Source of the DNA: Antedon mediterranea
Taxonomy: Eukaryota; Animalia; Echinodermata
Assembly: GCF_964355755.1 (NCBI RefSeq)
Contig: NC_092675.1
Coordinates: 14,108,912-14,172,911 of the forward strand
Reading direction: 5' to 3'
Length of the DNA: 64,000 bases
Below the pieces are notes generated by a model. The model ran no database searches, had not been told where the DNA came from, and saw only the letters and a list, made by a program, of their open reading frames with translations. Both the position numbers and the translations under genes were made by a program. Each line of letters begins with the position of its first letter. The first letter of the stretch is position 1. Shown here in pieces: positions 13,161 through 28,599 of the stretch.

Positions 13161-16100
13161 GATTTTCGACAAAACTTTTTCACACAAAACACCAAAGTGC
13201 TTAGAATAGCTTCAAATCGCATTTGGAGACGTTTTAGACCAATTTGTGCATTTCGATGAAACTTGGTTACACAAAAACATCAAAGTGCTTAAAATCACAT
13301 TATAAACCATTTTAGACCATTTTGAGCATTTCGATAACACTTTTCACACAAAAACATCAAAGAGCACAAAATAGCTTAATATCGTATTTAAAAACGTTTT
13401 AGACCATTTTGAGCATTTCGACAAAACTTTTTCACACAAAACACCAAAGTGCTTAGAATAGCTTCAAATCGCATTTGGAGACGTTTTAGACCATTTTGTG
13501 ATTTTCTAAAAAACTTGTAAACATAAAAACACCAAAGTGCTTAGAATAGCTTCAAATCACATTTGGAGACGTTTTAGACCATTTTGTGATTTTCGAAAAA
13601 ACTTGTTAACATAAAAACACGAAAGTGCTTAGAATAGCTTCAAATCGCATTTGGAAACGTTTTAGACCATTTTGTGATTTTCGAAAAAACTTGTTAACAT
13701 AAAAACACGAAAGTGCTTAGAATAGCTTCAAATCGCATTTGGTAACGTTTTAGACCATTTTGTGATTTTCGAAAAAAATTGTTAACATAAAAACACCAAA
13801 GTGCTTAGAATCACATTATAAACCGTTTTAGACCATTTTGAGCATTTCAATAACAATTTTCACACAAAAACATCAAAGAGCACAAAATAGCTTAATATCG
13901 TATTTAAAAATGTTTTAGACCATTTTGAGCATTTAGATAAAACTTTTTCACACAAAACACCAAAGTGCTTAGAATAGCTTCAAATCGCATTTGGAGACGG
14001 TTTAGACCATTTTGTGATTTTGAAAAAACTTGTTAACATAAAAACACCAAAGTGCTTGGAATAGCTTCAAATCGCATTTGGAGACGTTTTAGACCATTTT
14101 GTGATATTCGAAAAAACTTGTTAACATAAAAACACCAAAGTGCTTAGAATAGCTTCAAATCACATTTGGAGACGTTTTAGACCATTTTGTGATTTTTGAA
14201 AAAACTTGTTAACATAAAAACACCAAAGTGCTTAGAATCACATTACAAATCGTTTTAGACCATTTTGAGCATTTCAATAACAATTTTCACACAAAAACAT
14301 CAAAGAGCACAAAATAGCTTAATATCGTATTTAAAAATGTTTTAGACCATTTTGAGCATTTAGATAAAACTTTTTCACACAAAACACCAAAGTGCTTAGA
14401 ATAGCTTCAAATCGCATTTTTTAGACGTTTTAGACCATTTTGTGATTTTCGACAAAACTTTTTCACACAAAACACAAAAGTGCTTAGAATAGCTTCAAAT
14501 CGCATTTGGAGACGTTTTAGACCAATTTGTGCATTTCGATGAAACTTGGTTACACAAAAACATCAAAGTGCTTAAAATCACATTATAAACCATTTTAGAC
14601 CATTTTGAGCATTTCGATAACACTTTTCACACAAAAACATCAAAGAGCACAAAATAGCTTAATATCGTATTTAAAAACGTTTTAGACCATTTTGAGCATT
14701 TCGACAAAACTTTTTCACACAAAACACCAAAGTGCTTAGAATAGCTTCAAATCGCATTTGGAGACGTTTTAGACCATTTTGTGATTTTCTAAAAAACTTG
14801 TAAACATAAAAACACCAAAGTGCTTAGAATAGCTTCAAATCACATTTGGAGACGTTTTAGACCATTTTGTGATTTTCGAAAAAACTTGTTAACATAAAAA
14901 CACGAAAGTGCTTAGAATAGCTTCAAATCGCATTTGGAAACGTTTTAGACCATTTTGTGATTTTCGAAAAAACTTGTTAACATAAAAACACGAAAGTGCT
15001 TAGAATAGCTTCAAATCGCATTTGGAAACGTTTTAGACCATTTTGTGATTTTCGAAAAAAATTGTTAACATAAAAACACCAAAGTGCTTAGAATCACATT
15101 ATAAACCGTTTTAGACCATTTTGAGCATTTCGATAACAATTTTCACACAAAAACATCAAAGAGCACAAAATAGCTTAATATCGTATTTAAAAATGTTTTA
15201 GACCATTTTGAGCATTTAGATAAAACTTTTTCACACAAAACACCAAAGTGCTTAGAATAGCTTCAAATCGCATTTGGAGACGTTTTAGACCATTTTGTGA
15301 TTTTTGAAAAAACTTGTAAACATAAAAACACCAAAGTGCTTAGAATAGCTTCAAATCACATTTGGAGACGTTTTAGACCATTTTGTGATTTTCGAAAAAA
15401 CTTGTTAACATAAAAACACGAAAGTGCTTAGAATAGCTTCAAATCGCATTTGGAAACGTTTTAGACCATTTTGTGATTTTCTAAAAAACTTGTTAACATA
15501 AAAACACGAAAGTGCTTAGAATAGCTTCAAATCGCATTTGGAAACGTTTTAGACCATTTTGTGATTTTCGAAAAAAATTGTTAACATAAAAACACCAAAG
15601 TGCTTAGAATCACATTATAAACCGTTTTAGACCATTTTGAGCATTTCAATAACAATTTTCACACAAAAACATCAAAGAGCACAAAATAGCTTAATATCGT
15701 ATTTAAAAATGTTTTAGACCATTTTGAGCATTTAGATAAAACTTTTTCACACAAAACACCAAAGTGCTTAGAATAGCTTCAAATCGCATTTGGAGACGGT
15801 TTAGACCATTTTGTGATTTTGAAAAAACTTGTTAACATAAAAACACCAAAGTGCTTAGAATAGCTTCAAATCGCATTTGGAGACGTTTTAGACCATTTTG
15901 TGATTTTCGAAAAAACTTGTTAACATAAAAACACCAAAGTGCTTAGAATAGCTTAAAATCACATTTGGAGACGTTTTAGACCATTTTGTGATTTTTGAAA
16001 AAACTTGTTAACATAAAAACACCAAAGTGCTTAGAATCACATTATAAACCGTTTTAGACCATTTTGAGCATTTCAATAACAATTTTCACACAAAAACATC

Positions 16101-19100
16101 AAAGAGCACAAAATAGCTTAATATCGTATTTAAAAACGTTTTAGACCATTTAAAGCATTTCGACAAAACTTTTTCACACAAAACACCAAAGTGCTTAGAA
16201 TAGCTTCAAATCGCATTTGGAGACGTTTTAGACCATTTTGTGATTTTCTAAAAAACTTGTAAACATAAAAACACCAAAGTGCTTAGAATCACATTATAAA
16301 ATGTTTTAGACCATTTTGAGCATTTAGATAAAACTTTTTCACACAAAACACCAAAGTGCTTAGAATAGCTTCAAATCGCATTTGGAGACGTTTTAGACCA
16401 TTTTGTGATTTTTGAAAAAACTTGTAAACATAAAAACACCAAAGTGCTTAGAATAGCTTCAAATCACATTTGGAGACGTTTTAGACCATTTTGTGATTTT
16501 CGAAAAAACTTGTTAACATAAAAACACGAAAGTGCTTAGAATAGCTTCAAATCGCATTTGGAGACGTTTTAGACCATTTTGTGATTTTTGAAAAAACTTG
16601 TAAACATAAAAACACCAAAGTGCTTAGAATAGCTTCAAATCACATTTGGAGACGTTTTAGACCATTTTGTGATTTTCGAAAAAACTTGTTAAAATAAAAA
16701 CACGAAAGTGCTTAGAATAGCTTCAAATCGCATTTGGAAACGTTTTAGACCATTTTGTGATTTTCGAAAAAACTTGTTAACATAAAAACACGAAAGTGCT
16801 TAGAATAGCTTTAAATCGCATTTGGAAACGTTTTAGACCCTTTTGTGATTTTCGAAAAAAATTGTTAACATAAAAACACCAAAGTGCTTAGAATCACATT
16901 ATAAACCGTTTTAGACCATTTTGAGCATTTCAATAACAATTTTCACACAAAAACATCAAAGAGCACAAAATAGCTTAATATCGTATTTAAAAATGTTTTA
17001 GACCATTTTGAGCATTTAGATAAAACTTTTTCACACAAAACACCAAAGTGCTTAGAATAGCTTCAAATCGCATTTGGAGACGGTTTAGACCATTTTGTGA
17101 TTTTGAAAAAACTTGTTAACATAAAAACACCAAAGTGCTTAGAATAGCTTCAAATCGCATTTGGAGACGTTTTAGACCATTTTGTGATTTTCGAAAAAAC
17201 TTGTTAACATAAAAACACCAAAGTGCTTAGAATAGCTTCAAATCGTATTTGGAGACGTTTTAGACCATTTTGAGATTTTCGAAAAAACTTGGTTACACAA
17301 AAACATCAAAGTGCTTAAAATCACATTATAAACCGTTTTAGACCATTTTGAGCATTTCGATAACACTTTTCACACAAAAACATCAAAGAGCACAAAATAG
17401 CTTAATATCGTATTTAAAAACGTTTTAAACCATTTTGAGCATTTCGACAAAACTTTTTCACACAAAACACCAAAGTGCTTAGAATAGCTTCAAATCGCAT
17501 TTGGAGACGTTTTAGACCAATTTGTGCATTTCGATGAAACTTGATTACACACAAAAACATCAAAGTGCTTAAAATCACATTATAAACCGTTTTAGACCAT
17601 TTTGAGCATTTCGATAACACTTTTCACACAAAAACATCAAAGAGCACAAAATAGCTTAATATCGTATTTAAAAACGTTTTAGACCATTTTGAGCATTTAG
17701 ACAAAACTTTTTCACACAAAACACCAAAGTGCTTAGAATAGCTTCAAATCGCATTTGGAGACGTTTTAGACCATTTTGTGCATTTCGATGAAACTTGGTT
17801 ACACAAAAACAACAAAGTGCTTAAAATCACATTATAAATCGTTTTAGACCATTTTGAGCATTTCGACAAAACTTTTTCACACAAAATACCAAAGTGCTTA
17901 GAATAGCTTCAAATCGCATTTGGAGACGTTTTAGACCATTTTGTGATTTTCGAAAAAACCTTTTAACATAAAAACACCAAAGTGCTTAGAATAGCTTCAA
18001 ATCACATTTGGAGACGTTTTAGACCATTTTGTGATTTTCGAAAAAACTTGTTAACATAAAAACACGAAAGTGCTTAGAATAGCTTCAAATCGCATTTGGA
18101 AACGTTTTAGACCATTTTGTGATTTTCGAAAAAAATTGTTAACATAAAAACACCAAAGTGCTTAGAATCACATTATAAACCGTTTTAGACCATTTTGAGC
18201 ATTTCGATAACAATTTTCACACAAAAACATCAAAGAGCACAAAATAGCTTAATATCGTATTTAAAAATGTTTTAGACCATTTTGAGCATTTAGATAAAAC
18301 TTTTTCACACAAAACACCAAAGTGCTTAGAATAGCTTCAAATCGCATTTGGAGACGTTTTAGACCATTTTGTGATTTTTGAAAAAACTTGTTAACATAAA
18401 AACACCAAAGTGCTTAGAATAGCTTCAAATCACATTTGGAGACGTTTTAGACCATTTTGTGATTTTCTAAAAAACTTGTTAACATAAAAACACGAAAGTG
18501 CTTAGAATAGCTTCAAATCGCATTTGGAAACGTTTTAGACCATTTTGTGATTTTCGAAAAAACTTGTTAACATAAAAACACGAAAGTGCTTAGAATAGCT
18601 TCAAATCGCATTTGGAAACGTTTTAGACCATTTTGTGATTTTCGAAAAAAATTGTTAACATTAAAACCCCAAAGTGTTTAGAATAGCTTCAAATCGCATT
18701 TGGAGACGTTTTAGACCAATTTGTGATTTTCGAAAAAACTTATCAACATAAAAACACCAAAGGGTTTAGAATAGCTTCAAATCGCATTTGGAGACGTTTT
18801 AGACCATTTTGTGATTTTGAAAAAACTTGTTAACATAAAAACACCAAAGTGCTTAGAATAGCTTCAAATCGCATTTGGAGACGTTTTAGACCATTTTGTG
18901 ATTTTCGAAAAAACTTGTTAACATAAAAACACCAAAGTGCTTAGAATAGCTTCAAATCGTATTTGGAGACGTTTTAGACCATTTTGAGATTTTTGAAAAA
19001 ACTTGGTTACAGAAAAACATCAAAGTGCTTAAAATCACATTATAAACCGTTTTAGACCATTTTGAGCATTTCGGTAACACTTTTCACACAAAAACATCAA

Positions 19101-22100
19101 AGAGCACAAAATAGCTTAATATCGTATTTAAAAACGTTTTAGACCATTTTGAGCATTTAGACAAAACTTTTTCACACAAAACACCAAAGTGCTTAGAATA
19201 GCTTCAAATCGCATTTGGAGACGTTTTAGACCATTTTGTGCATTTCGATGAAACTTGGTTACACAAAAACATCAAAGTGCTTAAAATCACATTATAAATC
19301 GTTTTAGACCATTTTGAGCATTTCGACAAAACTTTTTCACACAAAATACCAAAGTGCTTAGAATAGCTTCAAATCGCATTTGGAGACGTTTTAGACCATT
19401 TTGTGATTTTCGAAAAAACTTTTTAACATAAAAACACCAAAGTGCTTAGAATAGCTTCAAATCACATTTGGAGACGTTTTAGACCATAAGTGCTTAGAAT
19501 CACATTATAAACCGTTTTAGACCATTTTGAGCATTTCGATAACAATTTTCACACAAAAACATCAAAGAGCACAAAATAGCTTAATATCGTATTTAAAAAT
19601 GTTTTAGACCATTTTGAGCATTTAGATAAAACTTTTTCACACAAAACACCAAAGTGCTTAGAATAGCTTCAAATCGCATTTGGAGACGTTTTAGACCATT
19701 TTGTGATTTTTGAAAAAACTTGTTAACATAAAAACACCAAAGTGCTTAGAATAGCTTCAAATCACATTTGGAGACGTTTTAGACCATTTTGTGATTTTCG
19801 AAAAAACTTGTTAACATAAAAACACGAAAGTGCTTAGAATAGCTTCAAATCGCATTTGGAAACGTTTTAGACCATTTAGTGATTTTCGAAAAAACTTGTT
19901 AACATAAAAACACGAAAGTGCTTAGAATAGCTTCAAATCGCATTTGGAAACGTTTTAGACCATTTTGTGATTTTCGAAAAAAATTGTTAACATAAAAACA
20001 CCAAAGTGTTTAGAATAGCTTCAAATCGCATTTGGAGACGTTTTAGACCAATTTGTGATTTTCGAAAAAACTTATCAACATAAAAACACCAAAGGGTTTA
20101 GAATAGCTTCAAATCGCATTTGGAGACGTTTTAGACCATTTTGTGATTTTCGAAAAAACTTGTTAACATAAAAACATGAAAGTGCTTAGAATAGCTTCAA
20201 ATCGTATTTGGAGACGTTTTAGACCATTTTGTGATTTTCGAAAAAACTTGTTAACATAAAAACACCAAAGTGTTTAGAATAGCTTCAAATCGCATTTGGA
20301 GACGTTTTAGACCATTTTGTGATTTTCGAAAAAAATTGTTAACATAAAAACACCAAAGTGTTTAGAATAGCTTCAAATCGCATTTGGAGACGTTTTAGAC
20401 CAATTTGTGATTTTCGAAAAAACTTATCAACATAAAAACACCCAAGGGTTTAGAATAGCTTCAAATCGCATTTGGAGACGTTTTAGACCATTTTGTGATT
20501 TTCGAAAAAACTTGTTAACATAAAAACACGAAAGTGCTTAGAATAGCTTCAAATCGCATTTGGAAACGTTTTAGACCATTTTGTGATTTTCGAAAAAACT
20601 TGTTAACATAAAAACATGAAAGTGCTTAGAATAGCTTCAAATCGTATTTGGAGACGTTTTAGACCATTTTGTGATTTTCGAAAAAACTTGTTAACATAAA
20701 AACACCAAAGTGCTTAGAATAGCTTCAAATCGCATTTGGAGACGTTTTAGTCCATTTTGTGCATTTCGATGAAACTTGGTTACACAAAAACATCAAAGTG
20801 CTTAAAATCACATTATAAACCATTTTAGACCATTTTGAGCATTTAGATAACACTTTTCACACAAAAACATCAAAGAGCACAAAATAGCTTAATATCGTAT
20901 TTAAAAACGTTTTAGACCATTTTGAGCATTTCGACAAAACTTTTTCACACAAAACACCAAAGTGCTTAGAATAGCTTCAAATCGCATTTGGAGACGTTTT
21001 AGACCATTTTGTGATTTTCGAAAAAACTTGTTAACATAAAAACATCAAAGTGTACAGAATAACTTCAAATCGCATTTGGAGACCGTTTTAGGCCAATTTG
21101 TGATTTTCGAAAAAACTTGTTAACCTAAAAATACCAAAGTGTTTAGAATAGCTTCAAATCGCATTTGGAGACGTTTTAGACCATTTTGTGATTTTCGAAA
21201 AAACTTGTTAACATAAAAACACCAAAGTGCTTCAAATCGCATTTGGAGACATTTTAGACCAATTTGTGATTTTTGAAAAAACTTGTTAACATAAAAACAC
21301 CAAAGTGCTTACAATAGCTTCAAATCGTATTTGGAGACGTTTTAGACCATTTTGTGATTTTCGAAAAAACTTGTTAACATAAAAACACCAAAGTATACAG
21401 AATAGCTTCAAATCGCATTTGGAGACGTTTTAGACCATTTTATGCATTTCGATGAAACTTGGTTACACAAAAACATCAAAGTGCTTAAAATCACATTATA
21501 ATCCGTTTTAGACCATTTTGAGCATTTCGATAACACTTTTCACACAAAAACATCAAAGAGCACAAAATAGCTTAATATCGTATTTAAAAACGTTTTAGAC
21601 CATTTTGAGCATTTCGACAAAACTTTTTCACACAAAACACCAAAGTGCTTAGAATAGCTTCAAATCGCATTTGGAGACGTTTTAGACCATTTTGTGATTT
21701 TCGAAAAAAATTGTTAACATAAAAACATCAAAGTGTACAGAATAGCTTCAAATCGCATTTGGAGACCGTTTTAGGCCAATTTGTGATTTTCGAAAAAACT
21801 TGTTAACCTAAAAATACCAAAGTGTTTAGAATAGCTTCAAATCGCATTTGGAGACGTTTTAGACCATTTTGTGATTTTCGAAAAAACTTGTTAACATAAA
21901 AACACCAAAGTGCTTAGAATAGCTCCAAATCGCATTTGGAGACATTTTAGACCAATTTGTGATTTTCGAAAAAACTTGTCAACATAAAAAAACCAAAGTG
22001 TTTAGAATAGCTTCAAATCGCATTTGGAGACGTTTTAGACCAATTTGTGATTTTCGAAAAAACTTATCAACATAAAAACACCAAAGGGTTTAGAATATCT

Positions 22101-25100
22101 TCAAATCGCATTTGGAGACGTTTTAGACCATTTTGTGATTTTCGAAAAAACTTGTTAACATAAAAACACCAAAGTGCTTAGAATAGCTTCAAATCGCATT
22201 TGGAGACGTTTTAGACCAATTTGTGATTTTCGAAAAAACTTATCAACATAAAAACACCAAAGGGTTTAGAATAGCTTCAAATCGCATTTGGAGACGTTTT
22301 AGACCATTTTGTGATTTTGAAAAAACTTGTTAACATAAAAACACCAAAGTGCTTAGAATAGCTTCAAATCGCATTTGGAGACGTTTTAGACCATTTTGTG
22401 ATTTTCGAAAAAACTTGTTAACATAAAAACACCAAAGTGCTTAGAATAGCTTCAAATCGTATTTGGAGACGTTTTAGACCATTTTGAGATTTTCGAAAAA
22501 ACTTGGTTACACAAAAACATCAAAGTGCTTAAAATCACATTATAAACCGTTTTAGACCATTTTGAGCATTTCGATAACACTTTTCACACAAAAACATCAA
22601 AGAGCACAAAATAGCTTAATATCGTATTTAAAAACGTTTTAGACCATTTTGAGCATTTCGACAAAACTTTTTCACACAAAACACCAAAGTGCTTATAATA
22701 GCTTCAAATCGCATTTGGAGACGTTTTAGACCAATTTGTGCATTTCGATGAAACTTGATTACACAAAAACATCAAAGTGCTTAAAATCACATCATAAACC
22801 GTTTTAGACCATTTTGAGCATTTCGATAACACTTTTCACACAAAAACATCAAAGAGCACAAAATAGCTTAATATCGTATTTAAAAACGTTTTAGACCATT
22901 TTGAGCATTTCGACAAAACTTTTTCACACAAAACACCAAAGTGCTTAGAATAGCTTCAAATCACATTTGGAGACATTTTAGACCATTTTGTGATTTTTGA
23001 AAAAACTTGTTAACATAAAAACACGAAAGTGCTTAGAATAGCTTCAAATCACATTTGGAAACGTTTTAGACCATTTTGTGATTTTCGAAAAAACTTGTTA
23101 ACATAAAAACACCAAAGTGCTTAGAATAGCTTCAAATCGCATTTGGAAACGTTTTATTCCATTTTGTGATTTTCGAAAAAAATTGTTAACATAAAAACAC
23201 CAAAGTGCTTAGAATCACATTATAAACCGTTTTAGACCATTTTGAGCATTTCGATAACAATTTTCACACAAAAACATCAAAGAGCAAAAAATAGCTTAAT
23301 ATCGTATTTAAAAATGTTTTAGACCATTTTGAGCATTTCGATAAAACTTTTTCACACAAAACACCAAAGTGCTTAGAATAGCTTCAAATCGCATTTGGAG
23401 ACATTTTAGACCATTTTGTGATTTTTGAAAAAACTTGTTAACATAAAAACACCAAAGTGCTTAGAATAGCTTCAAATCACATTTGGAGACGTTTTAGACC
23501 ATTTTGTGATTTTCGAAAAAACTTGTTAACATAAAAACACGAAAGTGCTTAGAATAGCTTCAAATCGCATTTGGAAACGTTTTAGACCATTTTGTGATTT
23601 TCGAAAAAACTTGTTAACATAAAAACACGAAAGTGCTTAGAATAGCTTCAAATCGTATTTGGAAACGTTTTAGACCATTTTGTGATTTTCGAAAAAAATT
23701 GTTAACATAAAAACACCAAAGTGCTTAGAATCACATTATAAATCGTTTTAGACCATTTTGAGCATTTCGATAACAATTTTCACACAAAAACATCAAAGAG
23801 CACAAAATAGCTTAATATCGTATTTAAAAATGTTTTAGACCATTTTGAGCATTTAGATAAAACTTTTTCACACAAAACACCAAAGTGTTTAGAATAGCTT
23901 CAAATCGCATTTGGAGACGTTTTAGACCATTTTGTGATTTTTGAAAAAACTTGTTAACATAAAAACACCAAAGTGCTTAGAATAGCTTCAAATCACATTT
24001 GGAGACGTTTTAGACCATTTTGTGATTTTTGAAAAAACTTGTTAACATAAAAACACGAAAGTGCTTAGAATAGCTTCAAATCACATTTGGAGACGTTTTA
24101 GACCATTTTGTGATTTTTGAAAAAACTTGTTAACATAAAAACATGAAAGTGCTTAGAATAGCTTCAAATCGCATTTGGAAACGTTTTAGACCATTTTGTG
24201 ATTTTTGAAAAAACTTGTTAACATAAAAACACCAAAGTGCTTAGAATAGCTTCAAATCACATTTGGAGACGTTTTAGACCATTTTGTGATTTTCGAAAAA
24301 ACTTGTTAACATAAAAACACGAAAGTGCTTAGAATAGCTTAAAATCGCATTTGGAGACGTTTTAGACCATTTTGTGATTTTCGAAAAAACTTGTTAACAT
24401 AAAAACACCAAAGTGCTTAGAATAGCGTCAAATCGTATTTGGAGACGTTTTAGACCATTTTGTGATTTTCGAAAAAACTTGTTAACATAAAAACACCAAA
24501 GTGCTTAGAATAGCTTCAAATCGCATTTGGAGACGTTTTAGACCATTTTGTGCATTTCGATGAAACTTGGTTACACAAAAACATCAAAGTGCTTAAAATC
24601 ACATTATAAATCGTTTTAGACCATTTTGAGCATTTAGATAAAACTTTTTCACACAAAACACCAAAGTGCTTAGAATAGCTTCAAATCGCATTTGGAGACG
24701 TTTTAGACCATTTTGTGATTTTTGAAAAAACTTGTTAACATAAAAACACCAAAGTGCTTAGAATAGCTTCAAATCGCATTTGGAGACGTTTTAGACCATT
24801 TTGTGATTTTCGAAAAAACTTTTTAACATAAAAACATCAAAGTGTACAGAATAGCTTCAAATCGCATTTGGAGACGTTTTAGACCAATTTGTGATTTTCG
24901 AAAAAATTTATTAACATAAAAATACCAAAGTGTTTAGAATAGCTTAAAATCGCATTTGGAGACGTTTTAGACCATTTTGTGATTTTCGAAAAAACTTTTT
25001 AACATAAAAACACCAAAGTGCTTAGAATAGCTTCAAATCGCATTTGGAGACGTTTTAAACCATTTTGTGATTTTTGAAAAAACTTGTTAACATAAAAACA

Positions 25101-28100
25101 CCAAAGTGCTTAGAATAGCTTCAAATCGCATTTGGAGACGTTTTAGACCATTTTGTGATTTTTGAAAAAACTTGTTAACATAAAAACACCAAAGTGCTTA
25201 GAATAGCTTCAAATCGTATTTAGAGACGTTTTAGACCATTTTGTGCATTTCGATGAAACTTGGTTATACAAAAACATCAAAGTGCTTAAAATCACATTAT
25301 AAACCATTTTAGAACATTTTGAGCATTTCGATAACACTTTTCACACAAAAACATCAAAGAGCACAAAATAGCTTAATATCGTATTTAAAAACGTTTTAGA
25401 CCATTTTGAGCATTTCGACAAAACTTTTTCACACAAAACACCAAAGTGCTTAGAATAGCTTCAAATCGCATTTGGAGACGTTTTAGACCATTTTGTGATT
25501 TTCGAAAAAACTTGTTAACATAAAAACATCAAATTGTACAGAATAACTTCAAATCGCATTTGGATACCGTTTTAGGCCAATTTGTGATTTTCGAAAAAAC
25601 TTGTTAACCTAAAAATACCAAAGTGTTTAGAATAGCTTCAAATCGCATTTGGAGACGTTTTAGACCATTTTGTGATTTTCGAAAAAACATGTTAACATAA
25701 AAACACCAAAGTGCTTAGAATAGCTTCAAATCGCATTTGGAGACATTTTAGACCAATTTGTGATTTTTGAAAAAACTTGTTAACATAAAAACACCAAAGT
25801 GCTTACAATAGCTTCAAATCGTATTTGGAGACGTTTTAGACCATTTTGTGATTTTCGAAAAAACTTGTTAACATAAAAACACCAAAGTACTTAGAATAGC
25901 TTCAAATCGCATTTGGAGACGTTTTAGACCATTTTGTGCATTTCGATGAAACTTGGTTACACAAAAACATCAAAGTGCTTAAAATCACATTATAAACCGT
26001 TTTAGACCATTTGAGCATTTCGATAACACTTTTCACACAAAAACATCAAAGAGCACAAAATAGCTTAATATCGTATTTAAAAACGTTTTAGACCATTTTG
26101 AGCATTTCGACAAAACTTTTTCACACAAAACACCAAAGTGCTTAGAATAGCTTCAAATCGAATTTGGAGACGTTTTAGACCAATTTGTGCATTTCAATGA
26201 AACTTGGTTACACAAAAACATCAAAGTGCTTAAAATCACATTATAAATCGTTTTAGACCATTTTGAGAATTTTGATAACACTTTTCACACAAAAACATCA
26301 AAGAGCACAAAATAGCTTAATATCGTATTTAAAAACGTTTTAGACCATTTTGAGCATTTCGACAAAACTTGTTAACATAAAAACACCAAAGTGCTTAGAA
26401 TAGCGTCAAATCGTATTTGGAGACGTTTTAGACCATTTTGTGATTTTCGAAAAAACTTGTTAACATAAAAACACCAAAGTGCTTAGAATAGCTTCAAATC
26501 GCATTTGGAGACGTTTTAGACCATTTTGTGCATTTCGATGAAACTTGGTTACACAAAAACATCAAAGTGCTTAAAATCACATTATAAATCGTTTTAGACC
26601 ATTTTGAGCATTTCGACAAAACTTTTTCACACAAAATACCAAAGTGCTTAGAATAGCTTCAAATCGCATTTGGAGACGTTTTAGACCATTTTGTGATTTT
26701 CGAAAAAAATTTTTAACATAAAAACACCAAAGTGCTTAGAATAGCTTCAAATCACATTTGGAGACGTTTTAGACCATTTTGTGATTTTCGAAAAAACTTG
26801 TTAACATAAAAACACGAAAGTGCTTAGAATAGCTTCAAATCGCATTTGGAAACGTTTTAGACCATTTTGTGATTTTCGAAAAAACTTGTTAACATAAAAA
26901 CACGAAAGTGCTTAGAATCACATTATAAACCGTTTTAGACCATTTTGAGCATTTCGATAACAATTTTCACACAAAAACATCAAAGAGCACAAAATAGCTT
27001 AATATCGTATTTAAAAATGTTTTAGACCATTTTGAGCATTTAGATAAAACTTTTTCACACAAAACACCAAAGTGCTTAGAATAGCTTCAAATCGCATTTG
27101 GAGACGGTTTAGACCATTTTGTGATTTTGAAAAAACTTGTTAACATAAAAACACCAAAGTGCATAGAATAGCTTCAAATCGCATTTGGAGACGTTTTAGA
27201 CCATTTTGTGATTTTCGAAAAAACTTGTTAACATAAAAACACCAAAGTGCTTAGAATAGCTTCAAATCGTATTTGGAGACGTTTTAGACCATTTTGAGAT
27301 TTTTGAAAAAACTTGGTTACACAAAAACATCAAAGTGCTTAAAATCACATTATAAACCGTTTTAGACCATTTTGAGCATTTCGATAACACTTTTCACACA
27401 AAAACATCAAAGAGCACAAAATAGCTTAATATCGTATTTAAAAACGTTTTAGACCATTTTGAGCATTTCGACAAAACTTTTTCACACAAAACACCAAAGT
27501 CCTTAGAATAGCTTCAAATCGCATTTGGAGACCTTTTAGACCATTTTGTGATTTTTGAAAAAACTTGTTAACATAAAAACACCAAAGTGCTTAGAATAGC
27601 TTCAAATCACATTTGGAGACGTTTTAGACCATTTTGTGATTTTCGAAAAAACTTGTTAACATAAAAACACGAAAGTGCTTAGAATAGCTTCAAATCGCAT
27701 TTGGAAACGTTTTAGACCATTTTGTGATTTTCGAAAAAACTTGTTAACATAAAAACACGAAAGTGCTTAGAATCACATTATAAACCGTTTTAGACCATTT
27801 TGAGCATTTCGATAACAATTTTCACACAAAAACATCAAAGAGCACAAAATAGCTTAATATCGTATTTAAAAATGTTTTAGACCATTTTGAGCATTTAGAT
27901 AAAACTTTTTCACACAAAACACCAAAGTGCTTAGAATAGCTTCAAATCGCATTTGGAGACGTTTTAGACCATTTTGTGATTTTTGAAAAAACTTGTTAAC
28001 ATAAAAACACCAAAGTGCTTAGAATAGCTTCAAATCACATTTGGAGATGTTTTAGACCATTTTGTGATTTTTGAAAAAACTTGTTAACATAAAAACACGA

Positions 28101-28599
28101 AAGTGCTTAGAATAGCTTCAAATCGTATTTGGAGACGTTTTAGACCATTTTGAGATTTTTGAAAAAACTTGGTTACACAAAAACATCAAAGTGCTTAAAA
28201 TCACATTATAAACCGTTTTAGACCATTTTGAGCATTTCGATAACACTTTTCACACAAAAACATCAAAGAGCACAAAATAGCTTAATATCGTATTTAAAAA
28301 CGTTTTAGACCATTTTGAGCATTTCGACAAAACTTTTTCACACAAAACACCAAAGTCCTTAGAATAGCTTCAAATCGCATTTGGAGACGTTTTAGACCAT
28401 TTTGTGATTTTTGAAAAAACTTGTTAACATAAAAACACCAAAGTGCTTAGAATAGCTTCAAATCACATTTGGAGACGTTTTAGACCATTTTGTGATTTTC
28501 GAAAAAACTTGTTAACATAAAAACACGAAAGTGCTTAGAATAGCTTCAAATCGCATTTGGAAACGTTTTAGACCATTTTGTGATTTTCGAAAAAACTTG

